Notes under the pieces: model-generated
What the model was told of the DNA's origin: nothing
Seen by the model: only the letters and a program-made list of their open reading frames with translations
Databases searched by the model: none
Assembly (NCBI GenBank): GCA_951406725.2
Contig: OX597817.1
Location: forward strand, 62,186,001 to 62,250,000
DNA: 64,000 bases
Source: Octopus vulgaris
Lineage: Eukaryota
Direction of reading: 5' to 3'
Shown: positions 42,894-57,552 of the stretch, one piece after another
Position numbering within the stretch: the first letter of the stretch is position 1
Layout: each line of letters starts with the position of its first letter
Program-made: the position numbers and the translations under genes

Positions 42894-43503
42894 CTCCAGT
42901 ACTTGAAAATGACCACATCTCACTCCTCTGGAACTTCACCATTCAAACTGACAGGAAGATAGATGCAAATAAGCCAGACATCATATTGAAAGACTTCAGA
43001 CAAAGAACATGCCTCCTCATTGATATGACTGTCCCAATCGATATAAACGTATCTGTCAAGACCTACCAAAAACTGAGCAAATATAAAGATCTTGAAATAG
43101 AAATCAGCAAAATGTGGAAGCTGAAGACTAAAACAATACCTGTTGTCATAGGTGCCCTGGGAATGATAGCGAAAGGGACTGATTGCTACCTAACTCAGAT
43201 ACCAGGAAACCCCAAAATGACAGAAATTCAAAAGATAGTGCTCATGGGAACTGCTCATATCATACGCAAAATACTCTCTATGTAATCCCAAGGTTTAAAA
43301 CAAACTTTTTATTTATTTATTTATTTATCTATTTATTATTATTTTTTATGTATTAGACATTCACTAGTACAACACCAAAAAAACAAAACGCCAAACATAT
43401 GGCACAGAACTTCCAACCTGTTGTCTCTTGAGGTCTCTGGGTGAGACTTGGAGCCAACTTGTACAGACATAAAGCAAAAGTCAAACATAGAATAATAATA
43501 ATG
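42894..43503 (+). mobile_element. Second, shorter 5'-truncated copy of the same R4/Dong-like family in the first copy's tail
   Basis: Near-identical to 42266-42893 in the coding part (about 5 substitutions seen); more differences in the 3' UTR. Confidence 0.92.
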
Positions 43504-43514
43504 ATAAAAAAAGA

Positions 43515-43735
43515 CCGAGAGCACTGTACTAGCTTTTCCGACCTTATTGCAATAGAATAGATAAAACTATTGCACTAATTGCACTACTAGGCACTGCACA
43601 CATCCTACGCAAAACACTTTCCATACAATAACAATCAGAGCATCACAACAAATCACAGCACATACCTAAGGCACACAAAGCTGCGCTCGGTAGTGAAGTG
43701 AAAGCACGCTATAAAAATAAAACTACTGAATGATG
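43515..43735 (+). mobile_element. Short 3'-end remnant of another R4/Dong-like family
   Basis: IALLGTAHILRKTLSIQ* followed by a different 3' UTR and (TAA)n. Confidence 0.7.
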
Positions 43736-43850
<115 letters not shown>

Positions 43851-44516
43851 TAATAATAATAGTCACCATCGTCGTACTATCATAGGTTGGATAATGTATT
43901 CATAAATATATTATAGGGCCGATACAGATAAAATATCTTCTCATATTAATATTGAATGAATGTCTCGGGGTAAAACAACAACTACAATAATAGAGACCAT
44001 AAAGCTGTTTTGCTGTAATTGCCTCTGTTGTTGTTGTTGTTGATGATGATGATGATGTCAACAAGGACAGCAGCAACGATGATGAGGGGGATAAGGATGG
44101 TGATCGTTCAGTGATGATGAAATGGTAATTACAGTAGAGATTTACTAGGTCGTTAACCTCTTGATCACGATCTCATCATAATACTAAACGTAATCGTAGT
44201 CATGGTCATCACGCAAACCCTTGTCATTCTCAACGTTGTCGTCATCATCATCATCATCATCATCATTATTATTATTATAATTATCTTCACCATCATCACC
44301 ACCACTAAGATCAACCGTCATCAAGGTCGTCGTTATCATCATCATCATCATCATCATCAAAGTCATCTAAGTCATTAATATTATCACCAGCAGCATCAGC
44401 GCCATGGTATTCTTTCATTTCAACGGTCGTCAAAATTATATTGAAATATTTATTTTTTTAATCTTATTTTATTTCGTTTGATGTTAATTTTCATCAGTTT
44501 TATCTTTTTATCTATT

Positions 44517-44551
<35 letters not shown>

Positions 44552-44876
44552 TTGTTAAGCTTCCATTTTTAAAGTTGATTACATCCATACCGATTTTCCT
44601 GTTCTCCGTGAAAGTTAAGTTGAACACATTCACTTTTATCTATTCTCTCTGCTGCTTGAAGATGTGTATACATTCCAACGAACACGGAGCCTAGTTAGAA
44701 AACATTCAAACGTTTTTCTTTGTTTTTGATTTGTTTTAAAGGTATATATATATATTATTTTTTTTTTGAGGCTGAAATTATTTCTCGAGAAGAGATGAAC
44801 TGATTTTAATTTCCTTTTTAATAATTCAGTCCTAAAGCAGTAAAAAAAAAAACCTTCAGCAGGTACAATTATATAT

Positions 44877-44907
<31 letters not shown>

Positions 44908-44992
44908 CATCATCATCATGATAACAACAGCAGCAATAATAATAACAATAATAATTCAACAACATCACGATTTCGGATACTGTGCGACGTCT

Positions 44993-45072
<80 letters not shown>

Positions 45073-45081
45073 TGATGATTA

Positions 45082-45122
<41 letters not shown>

Positions 45123-45136
45123 GATGATGGTGGTGG

Positions 45137-45169
<33 letters not shown>

Positions 45170-45756
45170 CATTAATTTGCCACAAGCGCGAAGGATGAAG
45201 GGAACGATACAAAGACAGACATAAAATGTGGTGGATTACATATAATGAAATGATTAAAAAAATATTAAAGAAAGAAACCATATAAGTATACACGGTATAC
45301 GTTGAGAAAGAAGCGACATATGCATAGCATACAAAGATCAGGGGAGAAAATGCTCGAGCGTATTTGCAGAAGAGTAGATATGGTAAGTCATGCAGTGACA
45401 TTGTAGCAGCCCTTTGTTTAGCAGTTGTTTACACCTCTTTTCTATCATATTACAACATTTAGTTTCGCCATTAGAAGGTTCATCAAATAATAACATGCTA
45501 GTGAGTGAGAAATTATGAGGCAATTTCAAATCTAAGTCTATTATATATTTTAAATAGATAACAGGATAGTTCAACACCATTATCGTAAAAGCCTCCCATC
45601 AGCTTGTATATGTATGTGTATGAGTTTGTGTTCTTCTGTGTGTTTGTGGGTGTGTGTAATTTTATGCGCGCACACACATACACACAAACGCACAAACGCT
45701 TACACACATGAAGGTACACACACACACACACACACACCGAGATCCACACATATATA

Positions 45757-45918
45757 CGAGGGGGTTCCTGGCTTTGGGCTAAGGAAAATACAGAAAGATC
45801 AGTTGATTATGATTTTATTCAAAATATTACCCTCTCAGATTCATACATTTATTGCAGCGTTCCTTCAACCAGGCTTTTCGGAACACCCTTAAAACCAAAA
45901 CTTTCAGCACCCCATCGT
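45757..45918 (-). mobile_element. Mariner-derived MITE
   Basis: TA|cgagggggttcctggctttggg ... ctttcagcaccccatcg|TA; reverse-complement homologue of 46459-46637. Confidence 0.6.
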
Positions 45919-46029
45919 ATACTATATATTCTTACTTCAAAAATTTACGAGCCAGGGCGATTCATCTAAACTTTCTAGAGTGTATTATTCCTAGATAGTA
46001 TATGAGACTAAGGAGTATATATATGTTAA

Positions 46030-46335
46030 GGCTTGTAGTTTAGGGTACCCGACTTACGACCGTAAGGTCGTAAGATCCATATCTGCCGGCGCGTTGTATA
46101 CTTGAGCAAGACACTTTACTCCACGCTTCTCCACCCGGCTTAGTTGTAAAAAATTATTTGCCTCTCTATTTCAAAGGGCCAGCTTTTTATATTGCGTATC
46201 AAGCTAAATCTCTCTCAGAACTTCATTAAGGGTACATGTGTCTGTGGAGTGCTCAACCATTTCAACCATTAACCTTACTACTAGTTTCGTCCGATGATCG
46301 GATCAAGTGGGCCCTTCGTTGTTTGATGCGACGAT
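46030..46335 (+). mobile_element. Old tRNA-derived SINE-like element
   Basis: ggcttgtagtttaggg...cttgagcaagacactttactccacg resembles the SINE family C head and core. Confidence 0.45.
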
Positions 46336-46342
46336 GTATCAA

Positions 46343-46451
<109 letters not shown>

Positions 46452-46458
46452 TTTATTC

Positions 46459-46637
46459 ACGAGTGGGTGTTGAAAAGGTAATTAAGGGTATCGCGAATGG
46501 CCTGATTGAAAGCTCCGAGCTCTTTTACAGGGCTTACAAAAACTGAAGGACGGCTGCAATAAGTGTGTGAATCTGATAGGGGAATATATTGAATAAAATC
46601 ATAAGTAACTGGTCCTCCTGTATTTTATTTTACCCAA
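46459..46637 (+). mobile_element. Mariner-derived MITE
   Basis: Encodes the last transposase codons (..KDGCNKCVNLIGEYIE*); homologous to 45757-45918. Confidence 0.6.
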
Positions 46638-47316
46638 AGCCAGGACCTCTACAGCATGTATATATGTATGTGTGTGTGTGTGTGTGTGTCTGAGTCTCTG
46701 TGTGTCTGTGTGTCTGTGTGTATGCATGTATATATATCTATTATATTAAGAGCGAAATTGCTTCTGCCTTGGACCCCTGTGTCTCAGTCTACATTTGCAC
46801 TACATCAACACATTATAACTTTTTGGAATCACAATGATCTCCGAATTGAAAATCTGCCCGTCATTTGGTTCTTGAGCATCCAGGGTTGGGAACTGACTTA
46901 AAAGCATTTGGATTTCTACACATCGTTGCTGGCGTATGTCAGATGGTGTCAGAGATAAAATGGGAGATGAATGACACTCGCCTCGTTAATTTTACGTCGA
47001 GACAAGAACTTTAGGGCAAATTGGCCTACATTTGAAATTCAACTTGGGACCGGAACAATAAAATGATTGCATTACTGAATAGAATGTCACCCGTCTTTAA
47101 AATCTGATCAAACACCATCGGGGCATTATTGACGTATATAGTCATATTATTTAGCTCTCATTAGTTTTGGCCCACAGACCCAATTAGCCCTCTGCAGGAG
47201 CAAACTGAAAACTTTGCACAGCGTGTGGCTTTTAAGCTGGAATACATATATATATATATATATACAGATAGATATATATATATACAGATAGATAGATACG
47301 TATGTATGTGTATAAA

Positions 47317-47356
<40 letters not shown>

Positions 47357-50181
47357 TTTTATATATACATGTGTATGTGTGCGCGTGCGTATTAATAAGT
47401 ATTTTTATATTTGTTGCAATGTTCTTTAAAAAAGAATATATCCAGCAGAATTGTCCTCGTGTTTTGCCATATAATTTGGTATACAGCCTTGATGTAAAAT
47501 AATTTGTTTGATAAAAAAAAAAAACCTATTCTCTTATATGCTTTTGAACATTTAATAAAGTTGAAATATGATGTCTCTTGACCAATAATAACCTACTAGA
47601 AATTACACATAATGCTCTTAGCAACTGTCGAGTCCATATATAATCAATAACACTAGACTAGTTTAACAGATTCAGCGACGAGGACAACCTACAGCTATCG
47701 ATTATGCAATATTTGTGAAGCTTTCTTTTACGGATGCATGGGCATCTGTGTATGCGTATCTGTCTAGTTATATTTAGTTACACGTACACACATACACGCA
47801 CACAAACAATAATGCATGCATATATATTATTATATATATATATATATATATATGCGTGTGATGGGTTATGCATGTATACATACAGACATACATACAAGCT
47901 CACACACACATTAAAATCGAACAAAGAGAATGTTATCGCTGAATTTAAAGATATTTAGCAGTTAACTTGTATCTGAAATTGCGTTGTATTTTGTTTTGTA
48001 TTTGGTTGTTTGTTACTATGAATATGTGAGAAGTAAGCATGTGTGGATATGTATACATGTATGTATACATTAGTGTAAACAGACACACCTGTATAAACAT
48101 GCGTACATATACCTATACATATATACATATATATGTGTGTGTGTATATATGTATATATATATATTTATATATATGTACATACATACCTGTATTCATATAT
48201 ATATATATATATATGCATATATACATACATACATCCATCCATACATGTACATACACACTCACACACACATAGACACAAAGATACACAAACATATAGTTCA
48301 AATGTACAGAAAACAAACGAAAATTGATACACATATGAGAGAGCAACATGCAGACGTATCAGTTTGACATTCGAGAAAATGGAAAAGTATTTGACGTTTC
48401 GAGCCTACGCTCCAGGACAGAAAGGTGCGAGAGAAATAAATGGTGGGAGAGATGAGAGATAAAAAAGGAAAAAATGTGTCGAAATTAATACTTTTACATG
48501 TTGGCACATATATATAAGCTATATTGTATCAATAAAAGACGTAATTCAATACAGAGACAAAGCATATGTAAAATTTTAATGAAATGAAACTAAAGACGTG
48601 TAAACCATTAAACTATTTTTTAAAAATCCGGTGATCACCTGTTTTCGTTCTTTGCTTTTTCGATCATAATATCATTTCCATCATTATTCGCCGTCTACTA
48701 TGAAACTCGCCAACAAATCAGGACTACTGTGTTTCCATTCGTAAGATATGGCTGAGAACATATTCTAACTAGTATTGATTTAGAGAAGCCACTGACGTAA
48801 TTACGAGATACAATTAAAGAAATTTAAAATAACTTTGATTACAAAGTTCCTCTGTATAAGCTTTTATATTAAATATGCTCTGTCTTACATTTAGGAATTT
48901 ATATGAATTTTTACATATTTACGAGAAGTAGATGGTTGACGTCGTAAGTAACCAGATTTTATCCTTATGTACAGCTATTCGGGCATCAGAAAGAGTGAGG
49001 GGCATTAGATAAGGGCTAAGGGAAAACCTCACGAATAGATACAGCTTGATTTACTTTAAAGAGATAATATTCATAAATAACGGATATAAGTTGAAGATCA
49101 TTTTTAGTATATATGTAAAAATGTTTTAATTTTTTTAGATATTATATTATATTTGGAAACAGACAAACGTTATTTTCACAGAACTTCAAACAAGCCAACT
49201 ATAAACATTTACAAAATTTTAATTTCCTTCTACTCCACGTTATAATCTCATAGATTACCTAAACAAAAGAACCTAGTCTTCGACAAGTCTATTTTCAACT
49301 CACTAGGTCCCCAATGATACAGAATCGAAAATTAGCTTATGTTAGATAAATGTAGTCAATGAACATTGACGGCAAAAGAACAGAACCAGATGAGAAACAG
49401 AAGTCGTTTCGACACATCAAAGAGCCTGAATGCAATTACTAACCGAATTGGCTATCACATTTAGATATTTCCCAACCATGCATAAATTTCAGAAGCTCTT
49501 CAACTGCGGTAGTGCTAATGCCAGCTATAGCTGCCTCGATAACATCACTATTCAAGTTTCATATCACAATCTATGCTGCACTTACTCTCACAAATATCTG
49601 CATTCAACACCACACCAGCTAACTGTGTAGTTGTAACTACAGAAATATCTTTAGAGTTTTCCACATAATGGTCAACAGCAGCAATATATAAAGTATAGAA
49701 CTAACGATATACACTGCACGAATTTATACCTCAATTACCGAAAACTTCAGATCGAAAACAAGTAGTTCACAGATTGATTTAGTTACAAATATATAATAAT
49801 TTTTGCATCTCTATCCCAAATTGTTTTCAAACTTAGGGACTGCGAAAACGCGAAATACCTCGCATAATTTGGATAAGAAAACCAGGTACAACTAAGGAAA
49901 ATCTCAAGTCAATAGATCACTTAATTGATGAGTGAATATTATCGTTTCCTTTAACAGCCAGGACTTGTGGTTAAGCACCAACATATTTCGTGAAATAATT
50001 CGTTTTAGGAATACCATATCGCGTCGTACACATATAAAACTATAAAATAATAGCATGTAAATATTAAGTTGAAAAATCCTTTTTGATTTTGGATAAAAGA
50101 AACCGAAGGCTGCCTATCATTTACATGCTTCGGTGTATGTGTGTATTTCTCGACAAGAGATGAACTGTGCTTCGGTGTATG

Positions 50182-50351
<170 letters not shown>

Positions 50352-51771
50352 CATACATACATTCACATGCATGCATTTATATTTAAATATATGTATATAT
50401 AGCACAGTTTCCACCTATAAAATTCCACTGACACAGGTTTGGTGTACTCGAAGCGACAGAAGAGGCCCTTATCCGTTCTGCGGCTCGAACTTCCTAATGA
50501 ACGCACAACTACGCATGCGTTGTGAAGAAGTAATCTCTGAAGACGACGAACCAATAATGATGTAGACATGACGACAAAGAACGAAAGAAGAAGGCTATTA
50601 TTTATAACAATGACACTATAGTTATTGCAGTTATTGATGCAACGGATATATAATAGCCGATGTCTCTAAAGTGGCAAAGAATATTATTTAGATGATTTGT
50701 TTGTTTTTATTGAATCCCACTTGTACGACAATATTTCTCAATTGAGGAATGATCAATGAAGTAAAATTGAAAAATTCCATTTTATACCGGAACAGATGTA
50801 ATAGAATTAATGATAGCGGTGGTGAATCTCGTTATCATTTTCACATCTGATTATTTTATAATATATATCGACAATGTTATATATTACAGTAGTCTGTATA
50901 TTGACTGAAAAGGATGACCACAAGAGTAAATGCTTGTCTATCTATGTTCTAATATTCATTCCTTGTGATCTCAATAGATTTTACCAATCACCCATTCGGA
51001 TTCCATATATACAAGTAATACAGTGAAATTGATTCAATTGATTTTCAATTTTCGCGTTAATAATTACCTCAAAGTAATTGATATCTGTGTGAAATAATCT
51101 TCTTTAAGGTCTATTTTCAGAATTTTTCTATAAAGAAATGAGATAGAAATCTTTTTTTTTTCTTTTTTAATGTTTGGCTTTCAACATCGTGTTTTAAAGA
51201 AAAGAAGAATTTAAGAATGATTTCGTCGATCTAAGTGATGCTACCGATATATCTGGCTATGTTCCTTTCCCTCCACCATACACAAATCACCAGAGATTCT
51301 CCACGTGGTAACACAATATACTATAAATAGCAGCTAAATTTCTCTTATGTAATGCTCTACCGTCTTAAAACAGGAAATCACACTAGAAGAAATGTCGTTC
51401 AGGGATGCCCCAGAGGGTACGGTATGATTACAGCTGGAATAACTTTAAACCAAGTTTCACTTCATTAGGATTGAGATGAGGTAAAACAAAACAACCTGAA
51501 CATCTCACCAAAAAGAACACCACCAGAAAAAAAGAGAGAACGACTACCAGAGCTACATTATTCGGAATTCTTTATCATTTTTATAGTGAATGCGCTCCGA
51601 ATGTTACAAATTGGATCCGTAAATAGAATTTTCTTTGAAAAGATATAAACTGCACTCACACAAAAACATATATTGTTGCATCAAGTCGCACATGTATACA
51701 TGAACACATTTTATCAACACAGGAAAATATACAAATGTACAGTTATGTATATATTACATTAGGGTAATATG

Positions 51772-51805
<34 letters not shown>

Positions 51806-51877
51806 TTGTCAGTTAATATATGTAAATATGTTCATATATTTATACATACACACATATATATACATATATATATATTA

Positions 51878-52219
51878 GTGGCTGTGTGCTAAGTGACTTG
51901 CTTAACAACCACATCGTTCCGGGTTCAGTCACACTGCGTGGCACCTTCGCCAAGTTTCTTCTACAATAATCTCAGGCCAAAGCCTTGTGAGTAGACTTGG
52001 TAGACGGAAACTGAAAAAAGTCCGTCGTGTATGTGTGTGTGTTTTTGCGTGTCTGTTTTTGCCCCACCCCCATCGCTTGACAACCGATGTTAGTGAGTTC
52101 ACGTCCCTATAAAATAAGTACTAGGCTTACAAATAATAAGTCCTACGGACGATTTATTCGACTAGAGGCTCCATGATGGCCGCAGTCAAATGACTGAAAC
52201 AAACAAAAGAAAAAAAGAA
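51878..52219 (+). mobile_element. SINE family A
   Basis: gtggctgtgtgctaag...gggttcagtcacactgcgtggcacc...atggccgcagtcaaatgactgaaacaaacaaaag. Confidence 0.85.
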
Positions 52220-52237
52220 TATATATATATATAGTAT

Positions 52238-52286
<49 letters not shown>

Positions 52287-52424
52287 TGATTACACACATA
52301 CACGTGCGCAAGCGCACACGGTCACACACACATATAGACGCACACACACACATACACATATACAAAGGCAAATCAAAAGTAAAGAAAGGAAGAACGGTAC
52401 AAATCAAAAGGATGTACACAGTGC

Positions 52425-52627
52425 ATAGAGCGCCGGGCGAAATACTTAGCGGTATTTCGTCTGCGGTTACGTTGAAATTCCGCCTAGGTCGACTTTGCCT
52501 TTCATCCTTTTCGGATCGATTAAATAAGTACTAGTTACGTACTGGGGTCGATATAATTGACTTAATCCGTTTGTCTGTCCTTGTTTGTCCCATCTGTGTG
52601 TAGCCCCTTGTAGACAGCAAAGAAATA
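52425..52627 (+). mobile_element. SINE family B
   Basis: gcgccgggcgaaatacttagcggtatttcgtctgc...ggtcgactttgcctttcatcctt...ctggggtcgat. Confidence 0.8.
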
Positions 52628-52773
52628 AGATTGGCGTTGAGAGAAAATTTAAGACGGAGAAAAGAGGGGAGTTTACGTTTTGAGCATAGCTCTTCCTCAC
52701 AGAGAGGAAGGAAGAAAATCCAAAGAGAAAAAAAGAATAGTTCGAGAAACGCACTTGCGTAGTTACGTGGCTG

Positions 52774-52842
<69 letters not shown>

Positions 52843-52924
52843 CACACATACATACATATTTTGAATATTCGCACGAAGCGTGTTAGTCGATAACACTGCC
52901 CTCAGCACATGACTCCTACTCATT

Positions 52925-53060
52925 AGATCGACCCTCAACAGGACGAAATGCAAAGTTGATTTGGCAGTATTTGAACTGCAGAACGAGAAGAGGCAGAACA
53001 ACTGTCTCTAAACATTTTTGTCAAACGCTCTAACGCTAACCATTCTACTAGCTCGCCGCT
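52925..53060 (-). mobile_element. Diverged SINE family B 5' part
   Basis: tcgaccctc...gaaatgcaaagttgatttggcagtatttgaact...ctaaccattctactagctcgccgct. Confidence 0.6.
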
Positions 53061-53064
53061 TTTC

Positions 53065-53460
<396 letters not shown>

Positions 53461-55006
53461 ATATATATATATTACATAAAACCTCTTCCTTTGCTAAATA
53501 ATATTATTGCAAACTTATAGTATGGCGGCCGAAGAGACTGTGATGGTGACATACAAACATAAGAATGGCTTCCGTTACGTTATTAATTGCGAATTTTAAA
53601 AGCAGGACGATTGAGATTGTGTCGATATTATAGATTACTCAACAACATTATAAAAGTAAAGAATAACAAAACTATAAGTAGTATTACTTTTAACTTCTTT
53701 CCTTCCACACTGCCATCTATTTGTTCATATACATAGCTACACAGCAATAAAAATAAGTATGAAAACTGTAAGGCGATAAAAGCCAGCTGCTCTTCATTTA
53801 CAACAAACCAAATTTTGTGTTCTATCGCATTTCTTTTATTTTTCCTCTTTTGTATTTACATATTTGCTGTTGTTTTGATTCATTGGCTTTGAAATTATGC
53901 GAATATAAATTGTTCGTTCATATAACATTTTATTCTGCAGTAATCCGTCATTTCATTTAAGACATTCATTAAAAGAACGAAAGCAACATAGAAGTTCGTC
54001 ATCACCAACATCATCAACATCGTCTCTCTCTCTCTCTCTCTCTTTTTCTCTTTCATCCTCTCCCAACTCTCTCTGTATCTTTTTTGTTTGTTTCTTGAGA
54101 ATATTATCATTAACATTAATTTTTTAACGTTGCTTTTGAGTTATAAAATATGCTTTTCTTCCTATCAGAAAATAATAAATATATATTGCAATGCTAACGG
54201 CCGTGCAAAATTTGACAAATTAAATAAACTTCATTAATAATTGATCCATGTATATTTATGTAAATAGGTGTATGTATGTGTGTGTATAAATGCATAATAT
54301 ATATTAATATATACATATGTATATATGTAATATTTATGTGTGTGTATCTATGTATATATGTATCTATGTATTCATTTATGTGTCAAACTATCGAGCAAAA
54401 TCGATGCATGTGCATGTTCGTAAACTAGGCGAGGAACTTCATATACCATTGATTTTAATCTCTGTCGTAGGATCAAATTTGATATACACATGAAAATTAT
54501 ACAAAACGTTAGATGTTCACCAGAATTCTTTTTATGATATCTAACCCCAGGCAACAACTCTTTTAGCTAAGATATTGATTCAGTAATCATTTTTTCCCTA
54601 GAGAGAGGAAAGTGTTATTCCAGGCATTATACCATGTGAAAAGATATGTTTTTCTTTTGTTTTTAATACCTGTGTTTCTGCTTAACTCATCTCACTTTGT
54701 TCTCTATTGGTTATTAAAGAAAAATAGAAAAATGTCTACAAATTGTCCGATTACAGTGTGTACTGACATATTGTCTGATTATTATTTGAGTGGAATATTG
54801 CTTTTCAAGTCTTGTAGCAGACAGAATTGTCTTAAAGTTGTATATGCAAGGATATATATATATAGGAGAGTTCATGAAAAAAAACAAAAGACGAAAACAG
54901 GTGGTGTAGAAAACAAACAGATATATTAGTATAACGCTCAGGAATAGAAAAAATATTTTACGTTTCGAGCCTACGCTTTTCTATATATACAGATATATAT
55001 ATATAA

Positions 55007-55418
55007 GGACTGGTTAAAAGTTTGAATCATATGAACAATAAATAAAAAATATAACTCATTATCGGAAGCACATGATTGACACATACACACACATTAATGC
55101 ACACATATGCACTCACACATACACCAATGCTCACATATATACTCACACACATACGCGAATACATATCGAATAAGTCATTTAGTTTTTCTTCAGTTTGCGC
55201 TTGAATGTCCGAAGAGGCGGACATCTTTTCTATTCGCTTTAAATAATATGAGGAGTGAAATCGATCTGTTACTTAGTATATATTTGTGTATTTGTGTGTG
55301 CAAGAGAGAGTTTGTGAGTTTGTATGCGTATGTGTGTGCGTGTGTCAATCAAATGTTTCCACTTAATGTGTCGCTTTTCTAGTTATTGTCCATACGATTC
55401 AGATTTTTAATCAGGCCA
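55007..55418. mobile_element. Old foldback/MITE-like element with diverged long inverted arms
   Basis: ggactggttaaaagtttgaatcatatgaacaataa...tgattgacaca vs the reverse complement of tgtgtcaatca...ttattgtccatacgattcagatttttaatcaggcc. Confidence 0.6.
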
Positions 55419-55684
55419 TTTTTGCTCATATTAGGACTTTCCCTGTTCAGTTGTCTTCTTTAACTTTATTCACTTAATGTAAATTATCTTTAATGTAAAT
55501 TTACAATTTTACAGAAATACGAACACGACATAAATAAAAAGAAAAGATGCCTGTTGATTTTAAGCTTAGCAATAAATTTGTTAATAGAAGTACAAAGTCT
55601 TGTGAGAGGCAATGACATTCAATTAAATGAAGATGTAAAGTAGATATTTATTTTTTCCGTCTGTATCTAATGTCCGTCTACACT

Positions 55685-55812
55685 ACTTACCTTCTGTCTG
55701 GTTTTATCAGCTAAGCGGATTGGTACACCACTACGACCTCGCTTATTCATGAGTGGATGTAGAGAAAATTTGCAGCGTACTTACCTGAAATAAAAAGAAA
55801 GAACAATCAGAA
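55685..55812 (-). promoter_or_regulatory. Candidate recursive splice site with associated 94-nt RS-exon (55784-55691)
   Basis: Minus strand ttctgattgttctttctttttatttcAG|GTAAGT at 55786/55784; downstream donor AAG|GTAAGT at 55691/55690; stops in all three frames. Confidence 0.6.
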
Positions 55813-56004
55813 ATAGAAACTGAGTATATGAGTATGAGTATAGCACTGTGAGTCAGTGGAGGGGTGTCTTTGATGTGATAAATAAAAACAAAATGAACAG
55901 CGAAAACTTACGTTTGCATGAATGTGATGGTGTAGATCATGACATTCAATGGTTCACACTCTCTACACAGACATACATGTGTGTGTGTTTGTGTGCGTTT
56001 GTAT

Positions 56005-56036
<32 letters not shown>

Positions 56037-56057
56037 CTGTGTGCGTGTATCCATGTT

Positions 56058-56092
<35 letters not shown>

Positions 56093-57038
56093 GTTTGTGT
56101 CTATGTGTTGTGCAAATCTCGTAGTAATACACTATACATATATATAGATATATGCGTATATACATATATGAGTATATGTGTGCGTGTGTGTGTGTTTATG
56201 CATGTATGTACGTGTGCATGCGTACGTGTATATATATATATGCTGCAAATATACGAAATCATATCTGAAACAAGCACAACCATTCAGTTATAGTGAGTTA
56301 CATTTCAAAATGGTCACATCCCATCCAAGTGAATTGCTATATCTAAAGATTAACCAACCATGTTATGTATTGGGAGAGAGTGGCGTGTGATAGGGAGAGA
56401 TAGAGTGCAGATACATTGTTTGCAGCGACGTGCTCAAAAAAATCTTCGAGTTTAGTCTACGGGCTTAACCAAGTGAATGTATGGTCTCTCTAGCAGGCAA
56501 TTTAATATATACATTAGTTTGGTTTTAACTCCATGAATCCTTAACCTTTTAAATTATTGTATCATTCCATGTCAATGAAAAGACCTTCTAGAAATATGCT
56601 AATGATTAGTTAAATAAATACCGATGGAAAGAAAAGTAGACAAGTAGCGAATTAGTTTAAGTTTATTCAATTTGATGCCTCAAAAGCATGCACGTTGATT
56701 TGCCGTATTTTCAGGCATATTAGTCAAACTTTGCAGACCAAAATTTACAACCAAGGTAGACCGCCACATATGCCAAGACGACCCAAAATTCCGAACGAAA
56801 TTCAGCAGGATTTGGAAAAATAGTGACGATGTTCGAATGATTACCGACATGTTTACACTATATACGACATTGCCTTGTATAATATAAAATACGGTAGATA
56901 GTTAATATATACTATTTTGATCGAATCAGTCTCTTATTAGTCAGTTTAACCTGTAACTATAGAAAGTCTTCATTACAGGGGAAATTCAAGGTCACCAGAC
57001 ACTGATTCGACCACCAGTGTGTGTGTGTGTGTGTGTGA

Positions 57039-57355
57039 AGGCGTATTGCTCAGTGGTTAGAGCGTCAGAGTTACAATCGTATGGTTATGATTTCGATTCC
57101 CAGACGGGCTGTAGGTTCTGGTCTTCAACAAGGCGCTTTATTTCACTTTGCTCCAGTTCACTCAGCTATAGAAATAAGTTGCTACGTCAGTGGTGCCAAG
57201 CTGCAACGACATTTGCCTTTCCTTTGGACAACATCTGTGGTGTGGAGATGGGAAACTGGTATGCATGGTCAGCTGCTGTTCTTCTACGAACAACTTTCCC
57301 AGACATGCTTCGGAGGAAAAATTTCTGTGCAACCCTATGGTCATTCCTGACCAAA
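57039..57355 (+). mobile_element. tRNA-derived SINE family C
   Basis: ggcgtattgctcagtggttagagcg...ttcgattccc; body aligns with 9657-9970. Confidence 0.75.
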
Positions 57356-57469
57356 GATAGATTGATAGATAGATAGATAAATCCTGAGAGAAAGAAGAGA
57401 GAGAAAGAGAAGAACGAGAGAGAGAGACATACGCATACACAATTATGTTTATAAGTATATACATGTATA

Positions 57470-57552
<83 letters not shown>

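Noticed and set aside
49253-49273. Second minus-strand AG|GT juxtaposition (ttcttttgtttag|gtaatc)
   Set aside because: Short pyrimidine tract, weaker donor and no evident downstream donor; plausible by chance in AT-rich DNA.
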